From: an uncultured delta proteobacterium
GTDB taxonomy: Bacteria; Myxococcota; Kuafuiibacteriia; Kuafuiibacteriales; Kuafuiibacteriaceae
Direction of reading: 5' to 3'
Assembly: GCA_963803435.1 (NCBI GenBank)
Contig: CAWDML010000001.1
Span: 160,001-224,000 of the forward strand
DNA: 64,000 nucleotides
Numbering within the stretch: the stretch's first letter is position 1; the number at the start of each line of letters is the position of its first letter. Positions 21,485-33,585 of the stretch are shown one piece after another. Below the pieces are notes generated by a model. That model did not search any database. It was not told where the DNA came from and was given only the letters and a program-made list of their open reading frames with translations. The translations under genes and the position numbers were made by a program.

Positions 21485-22872
21485 GCGCGAACCCTCGCTT
21501 CGCTCACGGCCGCCCGCGCGTGCGCCTCGACGAACAGATCCATCGGAGCCACCGGCGCGACCGGCGCCTTGAAGAGGTGTCGCGTGCCCACGGCCTTCGA
21601 CGCCACCAGGAAGCGGAAGCGCTGGACCAGGCGCGCCAGGACGATCTTGGCCTCGATCAGCGAGAAGTGCTCGCCGATGCAGTTCCGCGGCCCCGCCAGG
21701 AAGGAGAGGAACGCATAAGGATGGGGCGGCGGCGCCAGGAAGCGCTCGGGCCGGAACTCGAGGGGCTCGGGCCACAGGCGGGGGTCGTGGTGGACGGCGT
21801 CGATCGCCACCACGATCTTGGCGCCCTTGGGGATGGTGAACTCGCCCAGCACGTCGTCCTCGACCGCCTCGCGCGTCACCACCGGGACCAGCGAGTAGCG
21901 CCGGATCGACTCCCGCAGCACCGCCTCGGTGTACTCGAGGCCCTTGAGGGCCAGCTCCTGCGAGGGCGTCACGCCCGGGATCAGCGCCCGGTTGGCCTCG
22001 CCGATGGCGCGCTCCATGGCGGCCGGGTGTCGGGCCAGCTCGAACAGCGCCCAGGTCAGCATCATGCTCGAGGTCTCGTGGCCCGCCATCAGGAAGGTCT
22101 TCACCTCGTCCCGGAGCTGCGCCACCGCGGTGGCGTCCCAGGGCTGCCCGGACTCGTGGTGGCCGGCGATGATGCGATCGAGGATGTCCTTCTTGCCGGT
22201 CTCGTTGCCGCGGGCGTGGCGGCGCTCGATGAGGTCGGTGACGAAGGCGTCGAGGGCCTCCGAGGCCCGGCGGAACTCCAGGTTCCCAGGCGTCGGTAGG
22301 TAGCTCCGGAACGGCATCCAGGTGCGGAGGTTCGCCTCCTCCACGATGGGGAGGTAGAGCTTCGGCAGCACCCCGTCCGACTCGTCGGGCGAGAGGCTGA
22401 GCACGGCGTCGGCGATGACCTGGAGGGTGAGCTTGCGGAAGGCGGCGGCGAAGTCGAAGGGGACGCCGGTGCCCTCGACCCGCTCGAGGTCATGGATGAG
22501 CCGCTCGGCCGCCTGATCGGCGATCGCCACCACGTGGCCCAGGATCTCGGCCCGGAAGGCGCGGCCCAAGATGGCGCGCTGGCGCTTCCAGAGCTCGCCC
22601 TCGCTGATGATCAGGCCGTCGCCCAAGATGGGCTTGAAGGCGGCGTAGGTGCGGGCGTCCTTCCGGTACTTGTCGATGTGGGTGGCCAGGACGCACCGGA
22701 TCAGATCGGGGTCGGCGATCAGGATGTAGGTCTCGCCGAAGAAGTTGAAGGACGAGACCCGCTCGGGCGTGTGGGCCCACCGCTGCATCGTCGCCCACGG
22801 CGTCCCGACGATCAGCTCGAGGAAGTGGCCGATGAACGGCACGCGCGTCGGGATCTCGGGAACCGCCCGCAT
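21481..22872 (-). CDS. Cytochrome P450
   Basis: AGHETS, ESIR (ExxR), PERF, FLAGPRNCIG. ATG at 22872. Confidence 0.93.
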   Translation of the reverse strand: MRAVPEIPTRVPFIGHFLELIVGTPWATMQRWAHTPERVSSFNFFGETYILIADPDLIRCVLATHIDKYRKDARTYAAFKPILGDGLIISEGELWKRQRAILGRAFRAEILGHVVAIADQAAERLIHDLERVEGTGVPFDFAAAFRKLTLQVIADAVLSLSPDESDGVLPKLYLPIVEEANLRTWMPFRSYLPTPGNLEFRRASEALDAFVTDLIERRHARGNETGKKDILDRIIAGHHESGQPWDATAVAQLRDEVKTFLMAGHETSSMMLTWALFELARHPAAMERAIGEANRALIPGVTPSQELALKGLEYTEAVLRESIRRYSLVPVVTREAVEDDVLGEFTIPKGAKIVVAIDAVHHDPRLWPEPLEFRPERFLAPPPHPYAFLSFLAGPRNCIGEHFSLIEAKIVLARLVQRFRFLVASKAVGTRHLFKAPVAPVAPMDLFVEAHARAAVSEARVRA

Positions 22873-23203
22873 GAAGGGCCGGCACCATAGGCAGCGCGGG
22901 GGAGCCTTGTCGAGCGGGTTCTCGAGCGGTGTTTCGAGGGAGTCGCACCCGGATCGTCGGGGACCGCGTAGCACGGACGAGGCATTCGTGCGGGAAGCGT
23001 GGTTCGGAGTCCGGAGTGCGGCGGCCGCCCTGACCGCGGTGATCGGAGTCGGTTGCTCCGGGCCGACGCCGTCTATGCCGGTAACCTGGGGCGGCGGAGT
23101 GTTCAAGGCCAGCCGTCAGCGAGGCTGCGCCCAAACGCTCGAGTTCACTCGAATTCCGTGCTGGCAGGAAGCGAGCGAAGTCCTGGTTTGTTCTTAAGTC
23201 GCA

Positions 23204-23416
23204 TCAGTTCTCGATCTTGGCCTTCCGGCAGACCGGACCCTGCTCGGTCTCCTTGCAGCGATAGACGCCCTGAAGGCTGCGGTCGGAGACCGAGATGAAC
23301 ACCCAGGTCGCGGGCTCACGGTTCCCGATCTGCACCGCGTTTTGAACCTGTGGGGTGGCGCAGCCGGCGCTGCTGAGGAGGCCGGCCGCGGCCGCGATGG
23401 CCTGGAGTCGCTTCAT
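23204..23416 (-). CDS. Small lipoprotein
   Basis: MKRLQAIAAAAGLLSSAGC lipobox; start overlaps the upstream stop. Confidence 0.65.
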   Translation of the reverse strand: MKRLQAIAAAAGLLSSAGCATPQVQNAVQIGNREPATWVFISVSDRSLQGVYRCKETEQGPVCRKAKIEN

Positions 23417-24336
23417 CCGTATCCTTTCGACAGGCGCGCGAAGAGCTCGCGAACGAGCCGATCGATCGCGTCCCTCAGCTCGTTCGAGGCGCACCCGCTC
23501 TCGATGGTCGCCGCGGCCTCCGCGGACTCGCGACGCAGATCGTAGAGAGACGCGACGACGGTGCAGACATCACCGAGCCGCAGGAGCTTGGTGGCGAGCA
23601 TCTTGTCCGCGGCGAGCGCCTTCCCCAGCTCGATCTGGCAGGCGTCGTCCATGCACGGCGCGTAGCTCGCCTTCTTCTCGGCGCGCAGGCGCTCCCGGAT
23701 CTCCGCCGGCGGAAGCGTGCTCCAGCCGAGCACCTCGACGCTCCTCGCCGAGAGGTAGTCGGTGAGCTGGGAGAGCGTCTCGCCCGGGACCGATCGCGCG
23801 TCGTCCTCGATCCCGAGGACGGCCACGACCGAGCGGAGCTGGTGGCGATCGTCGTCCACCTCCTCCTTCAGCGAGGGGAGGCTCGACAGATAGTCGGAGA
23901 TCTCGACCGCAGCGTGCTGCGCGAACTTGCCCGTCTGGGTCTCGGCGGCCGGGAGCACCGTCTCACCGATTCGCTCGCCCCGACGAAGCACCGCGACGCG
24001 GGTCTCGAGCCGGACCACGTCCGCATAGCAATAGTCGACGACGAGGGTGAGCGCCGCCACCGCGGTCGCCTCCTGATCCGGCGATCGATCGTCCATCCAG
24101 ACCCGAAAGCCCGCCCGGCGGAGCGCGGCTCCGGTGCGCTGCCGAAGATCCTCGGCCAGGTCGCTCGCGTGGGCTGCGTCGTTGCCTCGAACCGCGATCG
24201 GCGGAAGCTCCACGATGACGCCGCTTCCCTGCTGATGGCCCGCTCGCGGCTCAGGGGCTCGAGCCGAGGACGCGCAGGAGGCGCCCGCGAGGGCCAGGTG
24301 AGCCGCGAGGATCCGGCGTGTGATCGCGAGGCGCAT
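23413..24336 (-). CDS. Hypothetical lipoprotein with a myxobacterial-type C-terminal domain
   Basis: LALAGASC lipobox; CMDDACQIELGKALAADK motif. Confidence 0.6.
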   Translation of the reverse strand: MRLAITRRILAAHLALAGASCASSARAPEPRAGHQQGSGVIVELPPIAVRGNDAAHASDLAEDLRQRTGAALRRAGFRVWMDDRSPDQEATAVAALTLVVDYCYADVVRLETRVAVLRRGERIGETVLPAAETQTGKFAQHAAVEISDYLSSLPSLKEEVDDDRHQLRSVVAVLGIEDDARSVPGETLSQLTDYLSARSVEVLGWSTLPPAEIRERLRAEKKASYAPCMDDACQIELGKALAADKMLATKLLRLGDVCTVVASLYDLRRESAEAAATIESGCASNELRDAIDRLVRELFARLSKGYG

Positions 24337-24401
24337 TCGACACGGCTTTGTATCGCGAGACGGAAGCCCGTTGGAAGCGGAGCGCGTCGCGTGATCGCCG
24401 G

Positions 24402-25334
24402 CTACTGGGTCGCGGTCGAGTCCGCCTGCGCGACCGCCCGCTCGGAGAGGGACCACACCTGTGCGCGCAGCGCCTCGTCGCGGGAGGCGCGCGACGAAGG
24501 GGCCTCGTTGCAGTCGGAGAGGTACAGGCCGGTGAGGCCGTCGAGCTCGGGGGCCGTCGCGGCGAACACGGTGGTGGCGGCGCCCTGCGGGATCGACTTG
24601 AGGAAGAGACGACCCGCTACGCGGTAGAGCGGGCCCACCACCGGGAAGCGCTTCACCAGGCTGCGCGTCAGGTTGGTGGCGATGACGCCGGGGTGGAGCG
24701 CGAACGTCGAGGCGGTGCTCGGGAGTCGCTCGGCGAGCGCCTTGGTGAACAGGATGTTGGCGAGCTTCGAATCTCCGTAGGCGTCGAAGGGGACGTACTT
24801 CCGCTTCTCGAACCGGGGATCGCCGTCGAGCGTCGCCAGCAGGCTCTCCGCCTTGCCGCGCGAGTGCAGTCCGCTCGAGAGGTTCACGATCCGCGCGCCG
24901 GGCGCGAGCGCCTCGAGGAGCAGCGTGGTGAGCAGGAAGTGGCCCAGGTGGTTGGTGCCCAGCTGCTGCTCGAAGCCCTGCGCCGTGAACCCGAGCGGAG
25001 TGGCCATCACGCCGGCGTTGTTGATCAACAGGTGGAGGGGCTTTCCGCGCTCGAGCATCCTGGACGCGAAAGATCGGACCGAGGCCAGGTCCGAGAGGTC
25101 CAGAGGCTCGACCTCGACGCTCCCGGGCATGGCGGCGGCGGCCTGCTGGCCGGCGTCTCGGGATCGGCAGGCCAGGATCACGTGCGCACCTCCGGAGGCC
25201 AGCACGCGGGCCGTCTCGGTACCGAGGCCCGAGCTGGCGCCGGTGACGACGGCGTTCCAGCCGGCGAGGGTCCGTCCCCGCAGCACCTCCTCGGCGGTGG
25301 TCTTCTTGCCGAAGGGCGTCGGTTCGAGCGGCAT
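24402..25334 (-). CDS. Short-chain dehydrogenase (retinol dehydrogenase/WWOX-like)
   Basis: TGASSGLG, INNAGVM, TNHLGHFLL, YGDSK, LHPGVI. Confidence 0.92.
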   Translation of the reverse strand: MPLEPTPFGKKTTAEEVLRGRTLAGWNAVVTGASSGLGTETARVLASGGAHVILACRSRDAGQQAAAAMPGSVEVEPLDLSDLASVRSFASRMLERGKPLHLLINNAGVMATPLGFTAQGFEQQLGTNHLGHFLLTTLLLEALAPGARIVNLSSGLHSRGKAESLLATLDGDPRFEKRKYVPFDAYGDSKLANILFTKALAERLPSTASTFALHPGVIATNLTRSLVKRFPVVGPLYRVAGRLFLKSIPQGAATTVFAATAPELDGLTGLYLSDCNEAPSSRASRDEALRAQVWSLSERAVAQADSTATQ

Positions 25335-25451
25335 CGTGTCGAGAGGCTAGCGGCTCATGCAGAGGTTGCAACTCGAACCGCGGGGCTCGGCGCGCGGCCG
25401 GGGTGGTCGCTGGGGATCCGGGGTGGCCCCAGGCTTGCTTTGAGGCTCTCC

Positions 25452-26963
25452 GTGACCCGGATCCAGAGGGACGACTTCGTCCAGACCCTGAGCCAGCGCG
25501 GCGGCTACATCGACACCCGGAACCCCGAGGTCGCGCGGCAGCTCCAGGCCGCAGGCCTCGACGCGGACGACATCCGCGACGTCGCCGGTCAGGACCAGGT
25601 CATCCGCGGGAGCACCGAGTTCGGCCGCCTCTTCGAGAAGCTCGATCAGCGCGCCGACACCGACGGCAACCGCTCGACCATCGACCTCGGCGAGAGCGGC
25701 AGCCTCACCCGCGCGGGCCGGGCCTACGAGGCGCTCCGCACGCACGCCGACGCGAACCGGACCCGGGCCGCGCGCGAGGGCGGCGCCCGCTTCAGCGGTG
25801 TCACTCCGCTGGACGAGGTCGCCGCCGGGTCGCGCACGCTCAACACCGGGTCCACCGGCGACGGCGTCCGCCGGGTGCAGCAAGCGCTGATCGACATGGG
25901 CTACGCCAACCCCGACACGCTGACCATGGGGACCTACGACGCCGAGACCGCGCGCGGCGTCCGGCGCTTCCAGCAGGACGTGGGCCTCGGGATCGACGGG
26001 CGCGTCGGGTCCGAGACCTTGGGCGCGCTGGCCGCCACCGCGCCGCCGCCCGGACAGGTGCTCGAGACCTCCCCCGAGTACCGCAGGCTCTTCGCCGACG
26101 GGCGCCTCGACGTCACCATCGCCCTCGGCTTCGACGAAGGCTTCACCGACAACGGCGGGACCCATCACCCGGGCGCCCACCACGAGTCGGAGCGTCAGGT
26201 CCTGGAAGGCCTGCGGGCCCGCGGCTTCCGCGCCGTCTCGGCCGCCGACATCGGGCGCATGAGCGCGGCCGATCGCCAGCGGCTGCGTCTCCAGGACGCC
26301 GACCTGGATCCGAACGCCCGCTACTTCATCAAGGACGACGGCCGCGGCGGCAGCGACGACGTGGTGGTCCGCCTGATCACGCCCTCGGTGGGCGGGGCCG
26401 AGGCGCGCGCCAGCTTCGAGCGCGCGATCCAGCAGGACGAGGTCGTCATCTACTCGGGCCACGCCCGCTACGGCACCGGCCCCGACTTCGACCACAAGAC
26501 GCAGAGCGGCGCCGGCAACTTCGTGATCGACGGGCACGGGAACCGCACGCACGACTTCGCCCCCGCCGGGCTCCGCGCCACCCTCGGCCGGGAGTCGCGC
26601 AGCGATCTGCGCGGGCTGACGCAGCGGCCCGACTACCAGCTGCTGGTGTTCAACGCCTGCTCCACCGAGGAGTACCTCCACAACCTTCGCAACCCGAGCA
26701 TCTTCGACCGCAACATGGGCAACACGGACATCATCACGTCCACGATCCCGACGCGGATCGCGACGAACACCGATCACACGTTCGGGTTCTTCGACGGGAT
26801 CATGCGGCAGGACTCGACGCGGTCGATGACCCAGGCGCAGAGCCAGGTCGAGGTGGACTTCCTCAACGCGCATGGCATGAGCACGGAGGCGCGGGGCGCG
26901 CGCATGACCTATTCGACCAGCGGCTTCCTCGGCAACACCGGGACCCGCTCGAGGACGCCATGA
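25452..26963 (+). CDS. Peptidoglycan-binding-domain protein with a C-terminal His/Cys (caspase/gingipain-like) domain
   Basis: GSTGDGVRRVQQALIDMGY...VRRFQQDVGLGIDGRVGSETL (PG_binding_1); VIYSGHARYG and LVFNACST. Start uncertain. Confidence 0.7.
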   Translation: MTRIQRDDFVQTLSQRGGYIDTRNPEVARQLQAAGLDADDIRDVAGQDQVIRGSTEFGRLFEKLDQRADTDGNRSTIDLGESGSLTRAGRAYEALRTHADANRTRAAREGGARFSGVTPLDEVAAGSRTLNTGSTGDGVRRVQQALIDMGYANPDTLTMGTYDAETARGVRRFQQDVGLGIDGRVGSETLGALAATAPPPGQVLETSPEYRRLFADGRLDVTIALGFDEGFTDNGGTHHPGAHHESERQVLEGLRARGFRAVSAADIGRMSAADRQRLRLQDADLDPNARYFIKDDGRGGSDDVVVRLITPSVGGAEARASFERAIQQDEVVIYSGHARYGTGPDFDHKTQSGAGNFVIDGHGNRTHDFAPAGLRATLGRESRSDLRGLTQRPDYQLLVFNACSTEEYLHNLRNPSIFDRNMGNTDIITSTIPTRIATNTDHTFGFFDGIMRQDSTRSMTQAQSQVEVDFLNAHGMSTEARGARMTYSTSGFLGNTGTRSRTP

Positions 26964-27556
26964 TGCAACCGACGACCGAGCGCGAGCTCACCATCCTGAT
27001 GGACGCGACGGCAGCGCTCTCGCTGCGCCGGGCCGCGCTGGAGAAGCTGGCGGCGCTCGCCGATCCGGAGGCGGTCGCGCCCCTGGCCGTGCTCTTGACG
27101 GAGATCGAGCTTCCTCTGATCCACGATCTCAAGCGCACGCTCGACGCGCTCGACGCCACGTCGGTGCTGGCGTCCGAGATGCAGGCCGGGAGCGCCGAGG
27201 CGCGCGCCCGCGCGGTGCGCCTGCTGGGCTACCTCGAGAACGACGCGGCCATCCCGTCGCTGCTCCGCGCGCTCGAGGACGACGATCCGGGCGTGCGCGC
27301 GCTGGCCGCGGACGGCCTCATCCGCCTGCGTCCCACCAGCGTGATCGATCCGCTGGCGTCGCATCTGTTCGGCGATCCCGAGCCGCAGGTGCGGATGGCC
27401 GCGGCGCAGGCGCTCGGCGAGATCGCCGATGACGCTTCACTCGCTGCGCTCCGTCGTGCGATGGAGTCCGAGGCCGACGGCTTCGTGCGCGTCGTGCTCG
27501 AGCTGTCTTGTCACCGTGCGGAAAGGATCTGCGACGATCGTGAGCTCTTCAGCTAA
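26960..27556 (+). CDS. HEAT-repeat protein (paralog 1)
   Basis: ATGA overlap; ALEDDDPGVRALAA and DPEPQVRMAAAQALGEI. Confidence 0.8.
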   Translation: MMQPTTERELTILMDATAALSLRRAALEKLAALADPEAVAPLAVLLTEIELPLIHDLKRTLDALDATSVLASEMQAGSAEARARAVRLLGYLENDAAIPSLLRALEDDDPGVRALAADGLIRLRPTSVIDPLASHLFGDPEPQVRMAAAQALGEIADDASLAALRRAMESEADGFVRVVLELSCHRAERICDDRELFS

Positions 27557-27614
27557 CCTCATCCTTCTCACCTACCTCGCGGTCGGGGCCGTGCCGCCTC
27601 AGAAGGAGTCGTCG

Positions 27615-28190
27615 ATGACGAAGCCCATCCCCGAGAACGTGCAGCGGGCGATCGACGCCGCCGTCTCTCACTCGAAGCCGAAGGCCGCGCGCCGTGCGGC
27701 GGTGGCCGAGCTGGTCCGACTCGCGAATCCGGCGGCCGTGGTCCCGCTGGCCTCCCTCCTCGACGGTACCGAGGGGACCGAGTGGCTGGCGCCGGACGTC
27801 CGCGCGGCGCTCGAGAAGCTCGGCGCGGTCTCAGTGCTCCTCGAGATGCTCTCGGCGCCGCCGCTCGAGGAGAAGACCCTCGCGCTCGAGCTCCTCGGCA
27901 ACCTCGGCGATTCGCGCGCGGTGGAGCCGGTGAAGGCGCTCTTGACCTCCGACACCAAGGCCCTGCGCGAGCAGGCTGCGGTGGCGCTGGGACGCCTGCG
28001 CGATCGCCGCGCCGTCCCTGCGCTCGCCGGCCGTCTCTCCGACCCGGACGCCGACGTACGCATGGCCGCCGCCTACGCACTGGGCGCGCTCGGCGGGCCG
28101 GAGGCGAAGAAGGCGCTGGAGGCGGCGCTGAAGACGGAGACGGACGGCTTCGTGAAGATCGCGCTGGAGAAGAGCGCGAGCGGGCGCTGA
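27615..28190 (+). CDS. HEAT-repeat protein (paralog 2)
   Basis: RBS AAGGAG; DPDADVRMAAAYALGALG; C-terminus ETDGFVKIALEKS resembles paralog 1. Confidence 0.82.
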   Translation: MTKPIPENVQRAIDAAVSHSKPKAARRAAVAELVRLANPAAVVPLASLLDGTEGTEWLAPDVRAALEKLGAVSVLLEMLSAPPLEEKTLALELLGNLGDSRAVEPVKALLTSDTKALREQAAVALGRLRDRRAVPALAGRLSDPDADVRMAAAYALGALGGPEAKKALEAALKTETDGFVKIALEKSASGR

Positions 28191-30427
<2,237 letters not shown>

Positions 30428-30429
30428 GG

Positions 30430-33400
30430 ATGTGGAGGTCGGCCGTGCCTTCACCCGCCCAAGTTGCGCCGGCGCTCGTGGCGATCGCGTTGACGTTTGC
30501 CGCCACCGCGCGCGGCCAGGACGCCGGATCGCCGTCCGAGCTCCAGATCCTCGAAAGCGACGTACGCGCGCTCCAGCGGATCCTCTCGGAAGAGATCCCG
30601 GAAGACGTGGAGCTCTCCACGCTGTTCGAGATGGATCTCGACGACGAGAACGAGGTCGCCCGGCGCCGCATCGCACTCGGCGAGCGGATCGAGGTGGAGA
30701 GCGGCCGGCTCCGGGAGCTGGCGGCGCGGCTCACGTCCACTGCCACGGCGGCGCGGACCGCCTCGACGGCCGCGAGCGGCACCGCGGCCGTCGATCTCCG
30801 CTCCCTCGAAGAACGGCTGAAGCCGGGGCAGCGGGACGAGCTCGAGCGCATGCGCGTGCGGGTCAAGCGCGACCAGCTGATCCTGGCGGTCCTCAACCTC
30901 GATCGCACGCAGCGGCAGGCGCTCGCGCGGGCCGAGGAGAAGCGGCAGGCGATCCACGAGGAGAAGGCCGCAGCGCACCAGGCGCGGGCCGAGGCAGAGA
31001 TCGCCGCGCGCGAGGCCGAGGAGGCCCGACGCCGGGCGCTGGAGGAGGCGCGGCAGGCCGTGTCGCGCGCGGAGAAGGCGCTGGCAAAGGAGCGGGCGCG
31101 CATCGAGTCGATGCGGGTCCAGATCGCGACGCTGCGCGCCTCGTTCGCCACCGACCGGGAGAAGGACGCTGCCCAGGCTCAGAGCATGCTGGCGCGCGAG
31201 CGGGAGCTGTCGCAGCGCGCGCTCGATCCGAACCTCGCTCCGGGCGCCGCCGACGCCCTCTATGACGAGGTCGTCGGGGTGCTGACGATCAGCCGGGGGC
31301 GGCTGAACGAAGCGCTCGGCTCGGTGATCTCCGCCAGCCGCGTGCCGGCGGTCGGTACCGAGCTCGATCTCGACGATCCGATCTATGCCGCGCTCGGCGC
31401 CAAGAAGGCCGATCTGATGACCTCGCTCGGCGAGCTCCGGACCATGGCGAAGAATCTCCGCGAGGAGGAGTCGAGCGCCCGCTGGAAGCGCACCGAGGAG
31501 GTCGCCAAGGACGTCGAGTTCCTGAATACGCTTCGCCTCGAGCTCATCGATCGCCTCTCCATGATCAAGCGCGAGTCCGTCATGGGCTTCACGCGCGAGG
31601 GCTTCGGGCAGCTGCGGCGCGAGATCCAACAGCTGACGCTGGCCGCGCGCTGGTACGTGACCAGCACGCTGCGCACGGTTCAAAACCTCGACCGGTACTT
31701 CTCCGACGTGGTCACCATCGGCAAGGCGGGCCTCTCACTCCTCAAGCTGGCGTTCCTGCTCCTGGCGCTCGTCTACACGGCCCGTCGCTACCGGGGCTGG
31801 GTCGGCCGGCTGCGCGGCGTCGCTGCCAACCGGATCCGCGGCCGGCAACTGGCGCGCTTCGTGGATCGATGGGTCCGCTTCCTCCAGCAGAACGGGTTCG
31901 CGGTGGGCGTGCTGGCGACCACCTACGTCCTCTTCGGCGTCGAGGCGGCCACGCCCGAGCTGACGCTGATCCGCAGCGTCGTCGTCGGCTACGCCTGGTA
32001 CCGCTTCCTGATGGCGCTGATGCACGACGTGATCGCGAACGCCGCCCGCGGTCGCCGGAAGCGCCTCCTTCCCGAAACGTCGGAGAAGATCCTTCGCACC
32101 GTGCGCCTGGCCGCCCGCTACACCTACGCGATCTACGTCCTGCTCGTGATCTCGGAGGAGGTGCTGGGCCGCGGGTATCTCTACCGGCTGGTGGTGCAAT
32201 TCTTCTGGATCGGGACCCTGCCGATCGCGTTCGTCCTGATCCAGCGGTGGAGAGAGGACATCGCGTCGACGTATCTCCGTCTCTATCCCAACGGACGCTT
32301 TGCAGAGTCAGTGGCGCGGACCCGCGACAAGGCCGTCGGGTTCTTCGTCGCCGTGGGCGCGTTCGGGTCGGTGGCCGCGCGCGGGCTCACCGTATACAGC
32401 GGCGACGTCCTGCTGCGCTTCGATCAGACGCGCAAGGCGCTCGCCTTTGTCTTCCGCCGGCGGCTCGAGCGTCACGCCGACGAGGTGGGGCGTGGAACCG
32501 CCGATCTCGCGAACCTGCCCCCTGCCGTCGAGGCCGCCTTCTCGGAGGAGCCCGTGGCGCCGCACCTCCAGATCGATCACTGGCCCCACCTCGACGAGGC
32601 CGTCGAGCGGATCGCGCAGTGGGAGGTGGGCAACGAGGGCCTCTCGCTGGCGCTGATCGGCGAGCGCGGCGCCGGCAAGAGCTCGTGGCTGCTCGAGCTG
32701 GCGCGCCGGACCGCCGTGCAGCCGCGCTGGCTGCGCCTGACCCGCCGCCTCATGACGGAGGAGGCGATCTCGGTCGCGCTCTCCGAGGCGCTGCTCGAGG
32801 AGACCGTCCGTGACCTCGAGGCGTTCGCGACGTCGCTCGAGAACGGGCCGAAGCGGATCCTGATCATCGAGCACGGGCAGGACCTGATCCTCCGCACGGT
32901 CGGCGGGACTGCCGCCTACGAGGCGCTGATGAACCTGGTAGCGCGCGTGAGCCACCGGGTCATGTTCGTGGTGAGCTTCTCCCGCTACGCCTGGAAGTTC
33001 CTCGATCAGCGCTACCGCGGCCGGAACCTCTTCACGGCCGAGTACGTGCTCGACGGCTGGCCCGAGGACGCGATCGGCCAGCTGATCGAAGTCCGCATGG
33101 AGGCGGCCGGTTGCGAGGCCGACTTCCGCGACCTGCTCCTCGATCCGCTGGTCGGGGACGAGCTCCAGGAAGAGCTCGCCCGCACCGCCGAGCGGTTCCG
33201 CCGCCTCCTCTGGGACTACGCCGACGGCAACCCGCGCGTGGCCATCCACTACTGGCTCCGATCGCTCGTCCCGGTCCCCGGGGATCCCGCCCGGATGAAG
33301 ATCCACCTCTTCATCGCCCCGGACGATAAGGATCTCGAGGCGCTCGAAGAGGAGTCGACGTTCGCCCTGGCCTCGATCGCGATCCATGAGAACCTCACGC

Positions 33401-33573
33401 TGGACGAGATGGCCTCCGCCCTCGCCTATCCTCGCGAGGTCTGCTTGGCCGCCGTCGGACACCTCCGCTCGCAGGGCATGATCGCCGTGGCGGAGGGTAC
33501 CTATCGCGTCACGCCCAAACACTACCGGTCCGTCGTCCGCTATCTGCGCCGCAAGAACCTCATCCACTCTTGA
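30430..33573 (+). CDS. Large coiled-coil and multi-TM protein with a C-terminal P-loop NTPase
   Basis: Signal-like N-terminus, long coiled coil, several TM segments, Walker A GERGAGKS, GNPRVA. Confidence 0.75.
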   Translation: MWRSAVPSPAQVAPALVAIALTFAATARGQDAGSPSELQILESDVRALQRILSEEIPEDVELSTLFEMDLDDENEVARRRIALGERIEVESGRLRELAARLTSTATAARTASTAASGTAAVDLRSLEERLKPGQRDELERMRVRVKRDQLILAVLNLDRTQRQALARAEEKRQAIHEEKAAAHQARAEAEIAAREAEEARRRALEEARQAVSRAEKALAKERARIESMRVQIATLRASFATDREKDAAQAQSMLARERELSQRALDPNLAPGAADALYDEVVGVLTISRGRLNEALGSVISASRVPAVGTELDLDDPIYAALGAKKADLMTSLGELRTMAKNLREEESSARWKRTEEVAKDVEFLNTLRLELIDRLSMIKRESVMGFTREGFGQLRREIQQLTLAARWYVTSTLRTVQNLDRYFSDVVTIGKAGLSLLKLAFLLLALVYTARRYRGWVGRLRGVAANRIRGRQLARFVDRWVRFLQQNGFAVGVLATTYVLFGVEAATPELTLIRSVVVGYAWYRFLMALMHDVIANAARGRRKRLLPETSEKILRTVRLAARYTYAIYVLLVISEEVLGRGYLYRLVVQFFWIGTLPIAFVLIQRWREDIASTYLRLYPNGRFAESVARTRDKAVGFFVAVGAFGSVAARGLTVYSGDVLLRFDQTRKALAFVFRRRLERHADEVGRGTADLANLPPAVEAAFSEEPVAPHLQIDHWPHLDEAVERIAQWEVGNEGLSLALIGERGAGKSSWLLELARRTAVQPRWLRLTRRLMTEEAISVALSEALLEETVRDLEAFATSLENGPKRILIIEHGQDLILRTVGGTAAYEALMNLVARVSHRVMFVVSFSRYAWKFLDQRYRGRNLFTAEYVLDGWPEDAIGQLIEVRMEAAGCEADFRDLLLDPLVGDELQEELARTAERFRRLLWDYADGNPRVAIHYWLRSLVPVPGDPARMKIHLFIAPDDKDLEALEEESTFALASIAIHENLTLDEMASALAYPREVCLAAVGHLRSQGMIAVAEGTYRVTPKHYRSVVRYLRRKNLIHS

Positions 33574-33585
33574 GAAGGAGCTCCC

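Noticed and set aside
22900-23160. 6S, SRP or RNase P RNA
   Set aside because: Diagnostic conserved motifs were not found; kept only as a low-interest structured region.
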